NCBI GenBank assembly: GCA_043798375.1
Contig: JAZDOS010000042.1
Location: 5,037-69,036, forward strand
Direction of reading: 5' to 3'
Length of the DNA stretch: 64,000 nt
Origin: Candidatus Omnitrophota bacterium
GTDB lineage: Bacteria > Omnitrophota > Gorgyraeia > 2-01-FULL-45-10
Under the pieces are notes generated by a model. The model saw only the letters and a list, made by a program, of their open reading frames with translations. It was not told the origin of the DNA and ran no database searches. Shown here piece after piece: positions 50,064 to 58,902 of this stretch. Position 1 is the stretch's first letter; each line of letters opens with the position of its first letter. The translations under genes were made by a program, and so were the position numbers.

Positions 50064-50158
50064 AGTAAAAAGTAAAAAGTAAAAAGGTAAAAGTGCAAGT
50101 AAAAATTAAAAATTTTGACTTTTAAATTGTAATTTTTCCTTTTTCCTTTTTACTTTTA
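50064..50158. repeat. AT-rich ~95-bp imperfect palindrome built from GTAAAAAG / CTTTTTAC repeats
   Basis: aagtaaaaagtaaaaagtaaaaaggtaaaagt ... acttttaccttt reverse-complement arms. The same motif forms the first 30 nt of ORF 43500. Confidence 0.7.
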
Positions 50159-50182
50159 CCTTTAACTTGGGTAGCAAGTGTA

Positions 50183-52552
50183 ATGAAGTACGGCTATTTT
50201 GACGACAAGAACCGCGAGTTCGTAATTACACGCCCCGACACGCCTACTCCGTGGATAAATTATTTAGGGTGCGATGAATATTGCGCCCTCATATCCAATA
50301 CCGCCGGCGGATACAGTTTCCACCGCGACCCCAAAGAGAGAAGAATCACAAGATACAGGTATAATAACATTCCCGCCGACAGGCCGGGCCGTTATATATA
50401 TTTGCGCGACCGGGATTCGGGCGATTACTGGCCGGCCACCTGGCAGCCGGTGTTAGAACCGAAAACCGCAAACCGAAAACCGCAAAATTATAAATACGAA
50501 TGCCGGCACGGGATGAGCTATACCAGGATCAAAAGCGGGTATAATGGCATAGCGGCAGAGACTACTTATTTTGTGCCCCTGAAGGAAAACCTGGAATTAT
50601 GGGTACTGAATATAAAAAATACCTCTAAGAGGAAGCGGAGGCTCTCCATATTTACCTACCTCGAATTCTGCCTGTGGCATGCCGTCATGGATATGACCGA
50701 CCTCCAGTATACCCTGAATATTTCAAAAGCGGTGTGCAGGAAGGATGTGATATACCACCTCACCGGTTATTTTCCTTCCGAAGGCAGGAACGATTTCGCG
50801 TTCTTTTCGTCCAGCGAAAAGGTCAGGGGTTTCGATTGCGACAGGGAAACATTTATCGGCCCCTATAATTCGGAAGCGAACCCGCTTGTTGTATCGCTCG
50901 GAAAGTCATTCAATTCCGTAAATTCAGGCGGTAACCCGATAGCCTCGCTCTGTAATACGATCACGCTGAAACCGTCGGAGGAGAAGACGGTCGTATTCTC
51001 ACTCGGCGTCAGCGATTCGATGAAAGAGGCGGATAATCTTATATCGAAATATAAAAGCCTCAAAAACGCCAGGGATGAATTTGAGAAACTCAAAGCCTGC
51101 TGGGCGCTGTATTTCGAGAATTACATTTGCGATACGCCGGACGATAAGGTCGATCTTATGGTAAATACGTGGAACCAGTATCAGTGCAGGACGACGTTTA
51201 ACTGGTCGCGTTCGGCCTCTTACTACGAATCCGGCATCGGCAGGGGAATGGGCTTCAGGGATTCGAATCAGGACACGCTCGGCGTCGTCCATGCCATTCC
51301 TGACAGGGTCAAGGCGAGGATCAAAGAGCTTCTGGAGTGCCAGTTCGAAAACGGCTCAACCTATCACCAATTCTTCCCGCTCACCAAAAAAGGCGAAAAG
51401 GGCGGCTACTCGGACGATCCGCTGTGGCTGGTCGTTTCGTGCTCCGGCTATATTAAAGAGACCGGGGACGCGGGATTCCTTAATGAAACGGTCCCGTTCA
51501 CCGATTCCGGGAAGGCGACCGTCTATGAACACCTGAAAAGGGCCATCGATTTCGTCTCTTCCAAAGTCGGCCCGCGCGGATTTCCTTTGATAGGATTTGC
51601 CGACTGGAACGACTGCCTGAACCTCACGGGGAAGAATAACGCCGCCCAGAGCGTATGGGTGGCGCAGTTCCTGGTATGGGCCGCGAATGAATTCTCGAGG
51701 CTCGCCGGGCTTTTAGGCAGGGCCGGCGATGTCAGGGAATACACCCGCGCCGCGAACGCGATGAAGGATAGGATAAATAAAATAGCCTGGGACGGAGATT
51801 GGTATATTCGCGCTTATGACGACGATGGTAATCCTGTCGGCTCATCCAAAAACAAAGAAGGCAGGATTGATCTATTGACGCAAGTCTGGGCCGTAATCGG
51901 CGGAATCGCCGGAGATAAGAGGGCGGTTCGATGCATGGATATGGTGAAAAAATATCTCGATTCGAAACACGGTATAATGCTCATCGCCCCGCCATACACG
52001 GGCTACGATGCAAAGATCGGCGCGGTCGGGACATTCGCGCCGGGCCTGAAAGAGAACGGCGGTATATTCTGCCACGCGAATCCCTGGGGGATGATAGCCG
52101 AGACCATGATCGGCCGCGGCAATGCCGCGTTCGATTATTATGCCAAGATCGCCCCTGCGTTCAGAAACGACATATCGGATACTCATTCGACGGAACCTTA
52201 TGTTTACGCGCAGTATATAGCCGGAAGCGGCCATCCGGCATTCGGCCGCGGGAGGAATTCGTGGCTTACCGGAAGCGCCGCATGGAATTTTTACGCGGTA
52301 ACAGCGTATATTCTGGGCGTGAGGCCCGATTATAAAGGCCTCATAGTCGATCCGTGCATACCGGCGAAATGGAAATCATTCAAGGTAAAGAGGGCCTTCA
52401 GGGGCGCGACATACGAGATAAAGGTCAAAAACCCGAAAGGCGCGCAGAAGGGCGTCAAATCGATGACGGTCGATGGCGTAAAAGTGCCGGGCAAGATCAT
52501 CCCGGCGCGGAAGGATAAGAATGTCCATAAAGTTGAAGTGGTGATGGGGTGA
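50183..52552 (+). CDS. GH94 family disaccharide phosphorylase (cellobiose/cellodextrin-phosphorylase-like)
   Basis: MKYGYFDDKNREFVITRPDTPTPWINYLG...LISNTAGGYSFHRDPKERRITRYRYNNIP closely follows the GH94 N-terminal hallmark. Also GMGFRDSNQD, and the length of 789 aa fits. Confidence 0.85.
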   Translation: MKYGYFDDKNREFVITRPDTPTPWINYLGCDEYCALISNTAGGYSFHRDPKERRITRYRYNNIPADRPGRYIYLRDRDSGDYWPATWQPVLEPKTANRKPQNYKYECRHGMSYTRIKSGYNGIAAETTYFVPLKENLELWVLNIKNTSKRKRRLSIFTYLEFCLWHAVMDMTDLQYTLNISKAVCRKDVIYHLTGYFPSEGRNDFAFFSSSEKVRGFDCDRETFIGPYNSEANPLVVSLGKSFNSVNSGGNPIASLCNTITLKPSEEKTVVFSLGVSDSMKEADNLISKYKSLKNARDEFEKLKACWALYFENYICDTPDDKVDLMVNTWNQYQCRTTFNWSRSASYYESGIGRGMGFRDSNQDTLGVVHAIPDRVKARIKELLECQFENGSTYHQFFPLTKKGEKGGYSDDPLWLVVSCSGYIKETGDAGFLNETVPFTDSGKATVYEHLKRAIDFVSSKVGPRGFPLIGFADWNDCLNLTGKNNAAQSVWVAQFLVWAANEFSRLAGLLGRAGDVREYTRAANAMKDRINKIAWDGDWYIRAYDDDGNPVGSSKNKEGRIDLLTQVWAVIGGIAGDKRAVRCMDMVKKYLDSKHGIMLIAPPYTGYDAKIGAVGTFAPGLKENGGIFCHANPWGMIAETMIGRGNAAFDYYAKIAPAFRNDISDTHSTEPYVYAQYIAGSGHPAFGRGRNSWLTGSAAWNFYAVTAYILGVRPDYKGLIVDPCIPAKWKSFKVKRAFRGATYEIKVKNPKGAQKGVKSMTVDGVKVPGKIIPARKDKNVHKVEVVMG

Positions 52553-52563
52553 AAGGTAAAAGG

Positions 52564-52662
52564 TTGCGTTTTACGGTTGCGGTTGCGCAACTCGTAACGT
52601 ATGACGTTAAACGTAAAACGTAACGAGCAGCGCAACCGATAAACGAAAGACGAATTAATTAG
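52564..52662. repeat. Short variant copy of the inverted-repeat element family, ending 18 nt before the GT2 start codon
   Basis: ttgcgttttacggttgcggttgcgcaactcgtaacg...aacgagcagcgcaaccgataaacgaaagacgaattaatta. Confidence 0.8.
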
Positions 52663-52680
52663 AAAGGAGTAGCGCTAAGA

Positions 52681-53820
52681 ATGAGTGAGTTGCCGTTTAT
52701 ATCAATAATCAATCCTATAAGGAACGTTGAGAGGACTATAGAGACAAACCTGCAATATTTGATCGGCATAGATTATCCGAAAGAGAGATGCGAGATAGTA
52801 TTCGGCGACGGCGGCTCCACCGACAGGACCGTCGATATAATAAGGGACTGGCAGAAAAGATACGAGCTCATAAAGCTCGTAATAGTCCCGAATTCCAAGT
52901 CACCCGGCGAGGCGAGAAACGCGGCGCTCAAAATGGCCAAGGGCGATTATATCCTATTCACCGACGGCGACTGCGCCCCGAGAAAAGACTGGGCGAAAAA
53001 ACTTCTGGAACCGTTCCTGAAAGACCCGTCTATCGGCATGGTCGGCGGCGAGATACATACATTGAGGACCGACCCCGATAACGACGTCGAGTCCTATTGC
53101 GAACAGACGAAGTTCCTGACGGTGGCCGGCAGGTGCCTCGCGACGGAAGAAGGTTACTATCCCGGCATCACACAGGACCTTCCTTCGGAAGTGAACGGCA
53201 ATATCCACAGCCCGTTCTTCGCGACGGCGAACGCAGCTGTCAGTAAAAAGGCGGCGGACGCCATAGGGCGGGAATTCTGGCACGAGATAACGAGCGAGGA
53301 CGTCGACTTTAGTTTGAGGATCCTGAAGAAAGGTTTCAGGCTTTATTACAAACCATCCGCCATAGTCGACCATATGCACAGGGTGACGCTTCAAGCGTAC
53401 TGCAAACAGCTGTACGGATACGGGTTCGGCCATCCGCTCGCGGTCCTGAAACACGCCAAAAAAGTCATCGAGATACAGTTCCAGTGGACGCCGCGCTACA
53501 TAACGTTCGTAATGCCCTCATCCGTTAGGGGTATTATCTACTTGGGCGATTATCATTTTATGCATTTATTTGGGATGGCTTTTGTGGTAAACTTATTACA
53601 GACATTATTCACGCAGAACCTGACAATCTGGCTTTGGATATGGCTTGCGCTTACCATGTTCTTCAAATATAGGTATTTCAGGCCGATGTTGAAACTTACG
53701 CCCCGCGGCAAGTTTTTGAAATGGTGCTGGATCAGATATGTCTCGAACTGGGCGCTTATGAAGGGCGGATTCAAAGGCGGCAGGACATTCGGAGTGATTT
53801 ATCTCGAGTCAAGCTGGTAG
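52681..53820 (+). CDS. Family 2 glycosyltransferase (GT-A fold) with a C-terminal membrane extension
   Basis: DGGSTDRT, FTDGDC (DXD), then hydrophobic helices after residue ~290. Confidence 0.75.
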   Translation: MSELPFISIINPIRNVERTIETNLQYLIGIDYPKERCEIVFGDGGSTDRTVDIIRDWQKRYELIKLVIVPNSKSPGEARNAALKMAKGDYILFTDGDCAPRKDWAKKLLEPFLKDPSIGMVGGEIHTLRTDPDNDVESYCEQTKFLTVAGRCLATEEGYYPGITQDLPSEVNGNIHSPFFATANAAVSKKAADAIGREFWHEITSEDVDFSLRILKKGFRLYYKPSAIVDHMHRVTLQAYCKQLYGYGFGHPLAVLKHAKKVIEIQFQWTPRYITFVMPSSVRGIIYLGDYHFMHLFGMAFVVNLLQTLFTQNLTIWLWIWLALTMFFKYRYFRPMLKLTPRGKFLKWCWIRYVSNWALMKGGFKGGRTFGVIYLESSW

Positions 53821-53838
53821 ATTTAAACGAGGTGAGAA

Positions 53839-55098
53839 ATGGCGTTACGGGAAGGGACATTAAAAAGCGAGCGCTTCACTGAAAAGGAACGGCGCAATCT
53901 TGCCATACTCGATATCATCAGAAGGACCAGAGAAGTCTCAAGGGCCGAGATTTCTAAGATCACCCACCTTAATATAGTAACAATATCCAACTACATAGAT
54001 GATTACATTGCCAAAGGCCTCGTCCTCGAGAAGGGATACGATGTATCCAGCGGCGGAAGAAGGCCGGAACTCCTGGAGATCAATTCTAAATTCGGATACA
54101 CTATCGGCATAGACCTCGGTTCGCCCCATATCATGGAGAATTCCATGATTGTGGGCACGCTGGTGGATACCGCAGGGAAGATCATCTGCAAGGTGAAGAC
54201 CAAAAAAGAGGAAGAGTCCCAGGAAAATTTTATAAACAGGGTAACAGGCATTGTCAGGGACCTTTACGGCAGGTCTAAAGTGGAAAAGGCGAGGGTGAAA
54301 GGCGTCGGGATAGCGATATGGGGTGTCCTGGACAGATATAAAGGCACTGTGAGGTATGCGGTCGAGAAAGGCAGCGTCTTCAGCTACAACGCGCTTCAAT
54401 CTTCAATCGAAAAGGAGTTTAGCGTCCCCACGCTCGTAGAGCATGACGCTACAGCCGGCGCCCTGGGAGAGAAGTGGATGGGGCTGGGCTTGAGCCAGGA
54501 GGCCGAGAACATACTTTATATGTGCTCCGATTCCAGCTGCGGCCTTATCCTGAACGGCGAATTGTATTACGGCGTCTCAAAAAGCGCCGGAGAATTGAAT
54601 ATAAACCCTCCATCGCCCGATTATAAGGACGATAACTGCTGGGCAAAATATGATTACGGATGCGGCTTCAGGTCGAGGGGCATAGATCTCGGGATTTCTT
54701 CGCGCGCGAAATCCCGTTTAAGCCAGAATAAAAACGGCAATTCCAAAATCCTCGAGCTTGTGAACGGCAAGCTTGACAGCGTTTCACTTAATACGATAAT
54801 AGAAGCGGCCAGGCTTCAGGATAAACTTGCGATAGAGCTTCTGTCCGAAGCGGGAGATTATCTCGGCGCGAAGATATCGTTTCTTATAAACCTGTTCAAC
54901 CCGGATTCCATCGTGATCGGAAGAGGCATGGAAAAGGGCGGCGACATATTCATGGACGCCGTGAGGAAGAGCGTTAAAAAGTGGGCTTACGAAGAATCGC
55001 TCAAGGTCGTCAGGATCGTGCCGGCGTCCCTCGGCGAGGATTCTATAGCCTGCGGCGCGTCGGCGCTTGTAATGCAGCAGATATTTGCGAAGATCTAA
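53839..55098 (+). CDS. ROK-family transcriptional regulator (N-terminal wHTH plus sugar-kinase-like domain)
   Basis: LAILDIIRRTREVSRAEISKITHLNIVTISNYI HTH; ROK fold GIDLGSP...GIAIWGVLD...CGCG-like Cys cluster CSDSSCG. Confidence 0.75.
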   Translation: MALREGTLKSERFTEKERRNLAILDIIRRTREVSRAEISKITHLNIVTISNYIDDYIAKGLVLEKGYDVSSGGRRPELLEINSKFGYTIGIDLGSPHIMENSMIVGTLVDTAGKIICKVKTKKEEESQENFINRVTGIVRDLYGRSKVEKARVKGVGIAIWGVLDRYKGTVRYAVEKGSVFSYNALQSSIEKEFSVPTLVEHDATAGALGEKWMGLGLSQEAENILYMCSDSSCGLILNGELYYGVSKSAGELNINPPSPDYKDDNCWAKYDYGCGFRSRGIDLGISSRAKSRLSQNKNGNSKILELVNGKLDSVSLNTIIEAARLQDKLAIELLSEAGDYLGAKISFLINLFNPDSIVIGRGMEKGGDIFMDAVRKSVKKWAYEESLKVVRIVPASLGEDSIACGASALVMQQIFAKI

Positions 55099-55197
55099 CC
55101 AGGTTAAACCTTGTGGTAACCTGACAGATTTAACCTGGTTAGTAACGCTCTAACCAGGTTAAACCTTGTGGTAACCTGACAGATTTAACCTGGTTAG
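55095..55197. repeat. Two tandem 48-bp units, each a 14-bp-stem hairpin of the CTAACCAGGTTAG family, between the ROK gene stop and the binding-protein gene
   Basis: ctaaccaggttaaaccttgtggtaacctgacagatttaacctggttag repeated twice with a 7-nt spacer. Confidence 0.85.
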
Positions 55198-55209
55198 AAA
55201 AAGGGAAAG

Positions 55210-56439
55210 ATGAGAAAAATATTCGCCATATTTCTTATAAGCTGTCTCCTGGTATCCGGCTGCGGTAAATCCGAGGGCAGGAAGGCGCCGGGCGAGACCC
55301 GGATAACGATGTGGCTCATCGGCTCCGAGGCCCAGGCGCTCACGATAAAAAAATTAGCCGAAGAATTTTACAGCCAGACCGGGATAAAGGTGAAATGCGA
55401 CGCGATATCGTGGGGCGACGCGCATTCGAAGTACCTTACCTCTATCGCGGGAGGCGTTGCGCCGGACATAGGCACGATGGGGCTTACGTGGGGGGCCGAG
55501 TTTGGCAAACTCGATTCCATGGTAGATTTGAAGAAAGAGTATCCGCAAGAGGTAAATTCGATAAAGGAAACGGTCTTCGCCGGCCTTTGGAATTCGATAG
55601 AGCATAAAGGCAAGGTCTACGGCATACCTTTCGACATGACCGAATACATTCTTTATTACAGAAATGATATTATAGCGAATCCTCCGCGCGACTGGGAAGA
55701 GCTGGTCAGCCTGTTGACGGATTTAAATAAAAAAGGACAGGGGATGATCTTCGACTGGGGATCTTTAAGCTGGATAGGATATTCCCCCTTCCTATGGCAG
55801 GCAGGCGGTGATTATTATAATGAGGATTATTCGGCCATCACGATAGATTCGGAAGCCGCTGTCAAAGGGATGAATTTCTTCGCCGGCCTGTACCTGAAAT
55901 ATAATGTTCCGAAGACAAAGATCCCGATAGAGCAGGGGATGAGAACGGGAGATTTTCCTATAGCGATCTCAGGAAACTGGAAGATAGACGACCTCAGGCT
56001 GCTGGCGCCGGAGATAGCGGGAAAATGGTCCATCGCTACATTGCCCAAAGGCCCGACGGGAAAGAAGACAGCGTTTATCGGAGGCAGGATAATGGGCATA
56101 TTCAGCCAGTCGAAACATAAGGTTGCGGCGTGGAAGTTCATAAAGTTTCTATTCAGGCCCGAAACTCAAGCTAAACTCTATGAAGCGGCGCTTGCGGAAC
56201 AGGATACGTACCTGCCTCCGAGCATGAAGGCATGGCCCATGCTTAGTATGGACCCGAAGTTTAAAGAGGTCCTGGTTTCTCAAGCCAATGACTCCAAGGG
56301 GCCTCCGGTAGTCGCGAGCTGGGATTCATGCGCCAGATATATGGACGAGGCTATTCAGAAGGTGATTTTGCAGAAGGCCGACGCGAAGAAGGAATTGGAG
56401 ATCGCGAAAACACAGCTGGAAAGATTGCTTAAGAAGTAG
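55210..56439 (+). CDS. ABC transporter extracellular sugar-binding lipoprotein (family 1 SBP, CUT1)
   Basis: Lipoprotein signal LISCLLVSGCG; typical SBP_bac_1 length and motifs. Confidence 0.75.
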   Translation: MRKIFAIFLISCLLVSGCGKSEGRKAPGETRITMWLIGSEAQALTIKKLAEEFYSQTGIKVKCDAISWGDAHSKYLTSIAGGVAPDIGTMGLTWGAEFGKLDSMVDLKKEYPQEVNSIKETVFAGLWNSIEHKGKVYGIPFDMTEYILYYRNDIIANPPRDWEELVSLLTDLNKKGQGMIFDWGSLSWIGYSPFLWQAGGDYYNEDYSAITIDSEAAVKGMNFFAGLYLKYNVPKTKIPIEQGMRTGDFPIAISGNWKIDDLRLLAPEIAGKWSIATLPKGPTGKKTAFIGGRIMGIFSQSKHKVAAWKFIKFLFRPETQAKLYEAALAEQDTYLPPSMKAWPMLSMDPKFKEVLVSQANDSKGPPVVASWDSCARYMDEAIQKVILQKADAKKELEIAKTQLERLLKK

Positions 56440-56477
56440 TATAATGATTTTGCTTCACAAAATTCGGGGGTGACATT

Positions 56478-57392
56478 ATGAAGAAACAGGCGGTGTTTGT
56501 CGTTGCGGTGTTTATGCTTGCCTCTTTGATATGCGTTGAAAAGGCGCATGCCGGCGCCTGGACAGTCCCGAAATACAAAGTCTGGGCGGAGTATTACATG
56601 AAATGGAATTACGCGAAGGATACCTATAACGAGAGCGAGAATTTTACGTCGAGCGGCAACCATTCGAAGAACTTCAGGTCATGGGAATTCGTGCAGGAAC
56701 CGAAGCTGGAGTATGGTATTACAGACTATCTTAACTTCCTCTACAGTATGGAATTTAAAGAGGGCCACTACAAGGAATACGACAGGCCTCCAAGCTGGGG
56801 CCCTTTTACCAAGAAGAACCACGGCCTCACAAATGTCAAAATAGGAGGCAAGTGGCGTTTTCTCGAAAAACCGGTCGTGCAGAGCCTGCAGGGCAAGTTT
56901 TTTATATATCCCGGCTATGGGAATTACGTAAGCGAAGCAAATGGCGGAGCCGACGGATATCCGTATCAGCCTTCGATAGGCTACGGCGATGACGCGTTCG
57001 AATTGAGATGGCTCATGGGACAATCGTTCAAATTTCCCATCAGGGATGATTGGAGGCTGCCGGTCTACTGGGGCACCGAGATAGGCTACAGGTGGAGGAG
57101 TAAAGCCGTCTGCAACGATATCCCGTACTTCTTCGAATGCGGCTTCTGGCCATCCTCCTGGTTTTTGGTCAAGACGGAACTGGACGGATACAGGTTCCAT
57201 GGCGGCACGGGCAGTATCAAGGAGAGCTACGGCATATGGCGTATCGGCGGCGTATGGCAGGTCTTCGGCGACAGCACTCTCAGGGCCGGCAATAAGCTCT
57301 TCAATATAGAATTTCAATACGGCATGGTGGTCTGGGGAAGGAATACGAACGCGGCGCAGGAATGGGTGCTGAAGGTCCAGACACAGTTCTAG
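56478..57392 (+). CDS. Putative outer-membrane beta-barrel protein
   Basis: Signal peptide, alternating amphipathic aromatic-rich strands, C-terminal ...VQTQF ending in Phe. Confidence 0.35.
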   Translation: MKKQAVFVVAVFMLASLICVEKAHAGAWTVPKYKVWAEYYMKWNYAKDTYNESENFTSSGNHSKNFRSWEFVQEPKLEYGITDYLNFLYSMEFKEGHYKEYDRPPSWGPFTKKNHGLTNVKIGGKWRFLEKPVVQSLQGKFFIYPGYGNYVSEANGGADGYPYQPSIGYGDDAFELRWLMGQSFKFPIRDDWRLPVYWGTEIGYRWRSKAVCNDIPYFFECGFWPSSWFLVKTELDGYRFHGGTGSIKESYGIWRIGGVWQVFGDSTLRAGNKLFNIEFQYGMVVWGRNTNAAQEWVLKVQTQF

Positions 57393-57414
57393 CTGATATA
57401 ACCTCGCTAATATA

Positions 57415-57542
57415 ACCTCCGAGGTTGCCAAAGGCAACCTCGGAGGTTGACAGGTAAACAGAGGTTGCCAAAGGCAACCTCTGAGGTTGACAGGTAAGCA
57501 AAGGCAACCTCAGAGGTTGACAGGTAAGAGGTTGACAGGTAA
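57415..57542. repeat. Degenerating tandem array (about 4 units) of an AGGTTGCC-aaa-GGCAACCT palindrome followed by GAGGTTGACAGGTAAG, ending 3 nt before the next gene's ATG
   Basis: cctccgaggttgccaaaggcaacctcggaggttgacaggtaaaca / gaggttgccaaaggcaacctctgaggttgacaggtaagc / aaaggcaacctcagaggttgacaggtaag / aggttgacaggtaag. Confidence 0.85.
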
Positions 57543-57544
57543 GA

Positions 57545-57817
57545 ATGGGATTATTCAAAAAGAATAGGCCGAAATTCGGCGAGCTCCTGGTCGAAAAAGG
57601 CCTTGCCACGCAAAAAGATGTGGAAGAGGCCCTGAAGACACAGAGGGAAATATGGGATACGAAACAGATCCAGAAGAACCTCGGGAGTATACTTAACGAA
57701 AAAGGTATTATTGACGTGGAAGATATAGAGGATGTCCTTCAGGAACAGAAGAGGCGGGAAGGATTTCTTTTGAAGGGTTTTGTATATTCCGTCTTCCATT
57801 CGGGCCAGCCTAAATAA
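57545..57817 (+). CDS. Small stand-alone protein with two T2SSE_N/MshEN-like repeats (the N-terminal domain of GspE/MshE; possible c-di-GMP-binding fold)
   Basis: FGELLVEKGLATQKDVEEALKTQREI and LGSILNEKGIIDVEDIEDVLQEQ both match the consensus LGelLve.GlIt.eql.eAL..Q. Confidence 0.5.
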   Translation: MGLFKKNRPKFGELLVEKGLATQKDVEEALKTQREIWDTKQIQKNLGSILNEKGIIDVEDIEDVLQEQKRREGFLLKGFVYSVFHSGQPK

Positions 57818-57829
57818 AAGATTGCGTTT

Positions 57830-57930
57830 TACGGTTGCGGTTGCGCAACTCGTAACGTTTAACGTTAACCGTATAACGTAACGAGCAGCGCAACCGATAA
57901 ACGAAAGACGAATTAATTAAAAGAAGGAGT
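57830..57930. repeat. Short variant copy of the inverted-repeat element family, ending ~10 nt before the htpX start; near-identical to 52564-52662
   Basis: ttgcgttttacggttgcggttgcgcaactcgtaacg...aacgagcagcgcaaccgataaacgaaagacgaattaattaa. Confidence 0.8.
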
Positions 57931-57939
57931 ATTATTACC

Positions 57940-58902
57940 ATGTGGAGCTTGAAGATAAGGATGTGGCTTTTAACAGCGGTCCTGTTCGCGATAATCTACG
58001 CCGTAATATCGGCGATAAGTTATTTCCTCGGGATAAGAAATTTTTATTTTTATCTTATACTGTCATTTGCCATAATCTTTGTACAATACATGATCGGGCC
58101 GAAGATCGTCGAGTGGTCGATGCGCGTAAAGTATATAAAAGACGGCGAAAACCCCGGGCTGGAGTCTATGGTGAAGTCGCTTGCCGGGGCCGCAGGCATA
58201 CCCAGTCCGAGGATAGGGATTGCGCAGATCCCGATCCCGAACGCGTTTGCGTTCGGACGTACTATAAGAGATGGAAGAATCTGCGTTACCGAGGGGATCA
58301 TGAATCTGCTGGACAAAAATGAGTTGAAGGCGGTCCTCGGCCATGAGATGAGCCATATTAAAAACAGGGACGTTCTTACGATTACGCTCCTGTCGGTGAT
58401 ACCCATGATCCTATACCGTATCGCGTGGCAGTCCTTATTTTTCGGCCGCTCCAGGGACAGGTCCGGCGGCAACGCCGCGCTGGTCGGCCTTACGGCGTTT
58501 ATATTCTATTTTGTGACGAACCTTCTTGTCCTTTACGCCTCCAGGGTGCGGGAATATTTTGCCGACAAAGGCTCTGTGGACCTGGGAAACGATCCTTCGG
58601 CATTGGCGTCCGCGCTGTATAAGCTTGTCTATGGTTCGGCGAGGATGCCAAAAGAGGCATTGAAGGACGTCGAGGGCATGAAGGCGTTTTTCGCGAACGA
58701 CCCCTCGAAAGCCATTTCGGATTTAAAGGAACTTAAAGCGCTCGATCTGGACAAGTCAGGCACTATATCCGCCGATGAATTAAGCGCCCTGCAATCCCGG
58801 AACATCCGCCTGGGTTTCGGCGATAAACTGATGGAGCTTTTGAGCACCCACCCGAATATGCTGAAACGCATCGAACGCCTGAGTTATTGGGGAAAAGCTT
58901 GA
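57940..58902 (+). CDS. htpX: M48-family zinc metalloprotease, HtpX-like membrane protease
   Basis: TM helices, HEMSHIKNRD (HEXXH), the downstream Glu helix, and a C-terminal extension. Confidence 0.65.
   Translation: MWSLKIRMWLLTAVLFAIIYAVISAISYFLGIRNFYFYLILSFAIIFVQYMIGPKIVEWSMRVKYIKDGENPGLESMVKSLAGAAGIPSPRIGIAQIPIPNAFAFGRTIRDGRICVTEGIMNLLDKNELKAVLGHEMSHIKNRDVLTITLLSVIPMILYRIAWQSLFFGRSRDRSGGNAALVGLTAFIFYFVTNLLVLYASRVREYFADKGSVDLGNDPSALASALYKLVYGSARMPKEALKDVEGMKAFFANDPSKAISDLKELKALDLDKSGTISADELSALQSRNIRLGFGDKLMELLSTHPNMLKRIERLSYWGKA

Noticed and set aside
57301-57609. Minus-strand ORF giving the LTCQPLTCQPL repeat protein
   Set aside because: It is merely the translation of the tandem GGTTGACAGGTAA repeat array; it overlaps the end of the outer-membrane protein gene and the MshEN gene start
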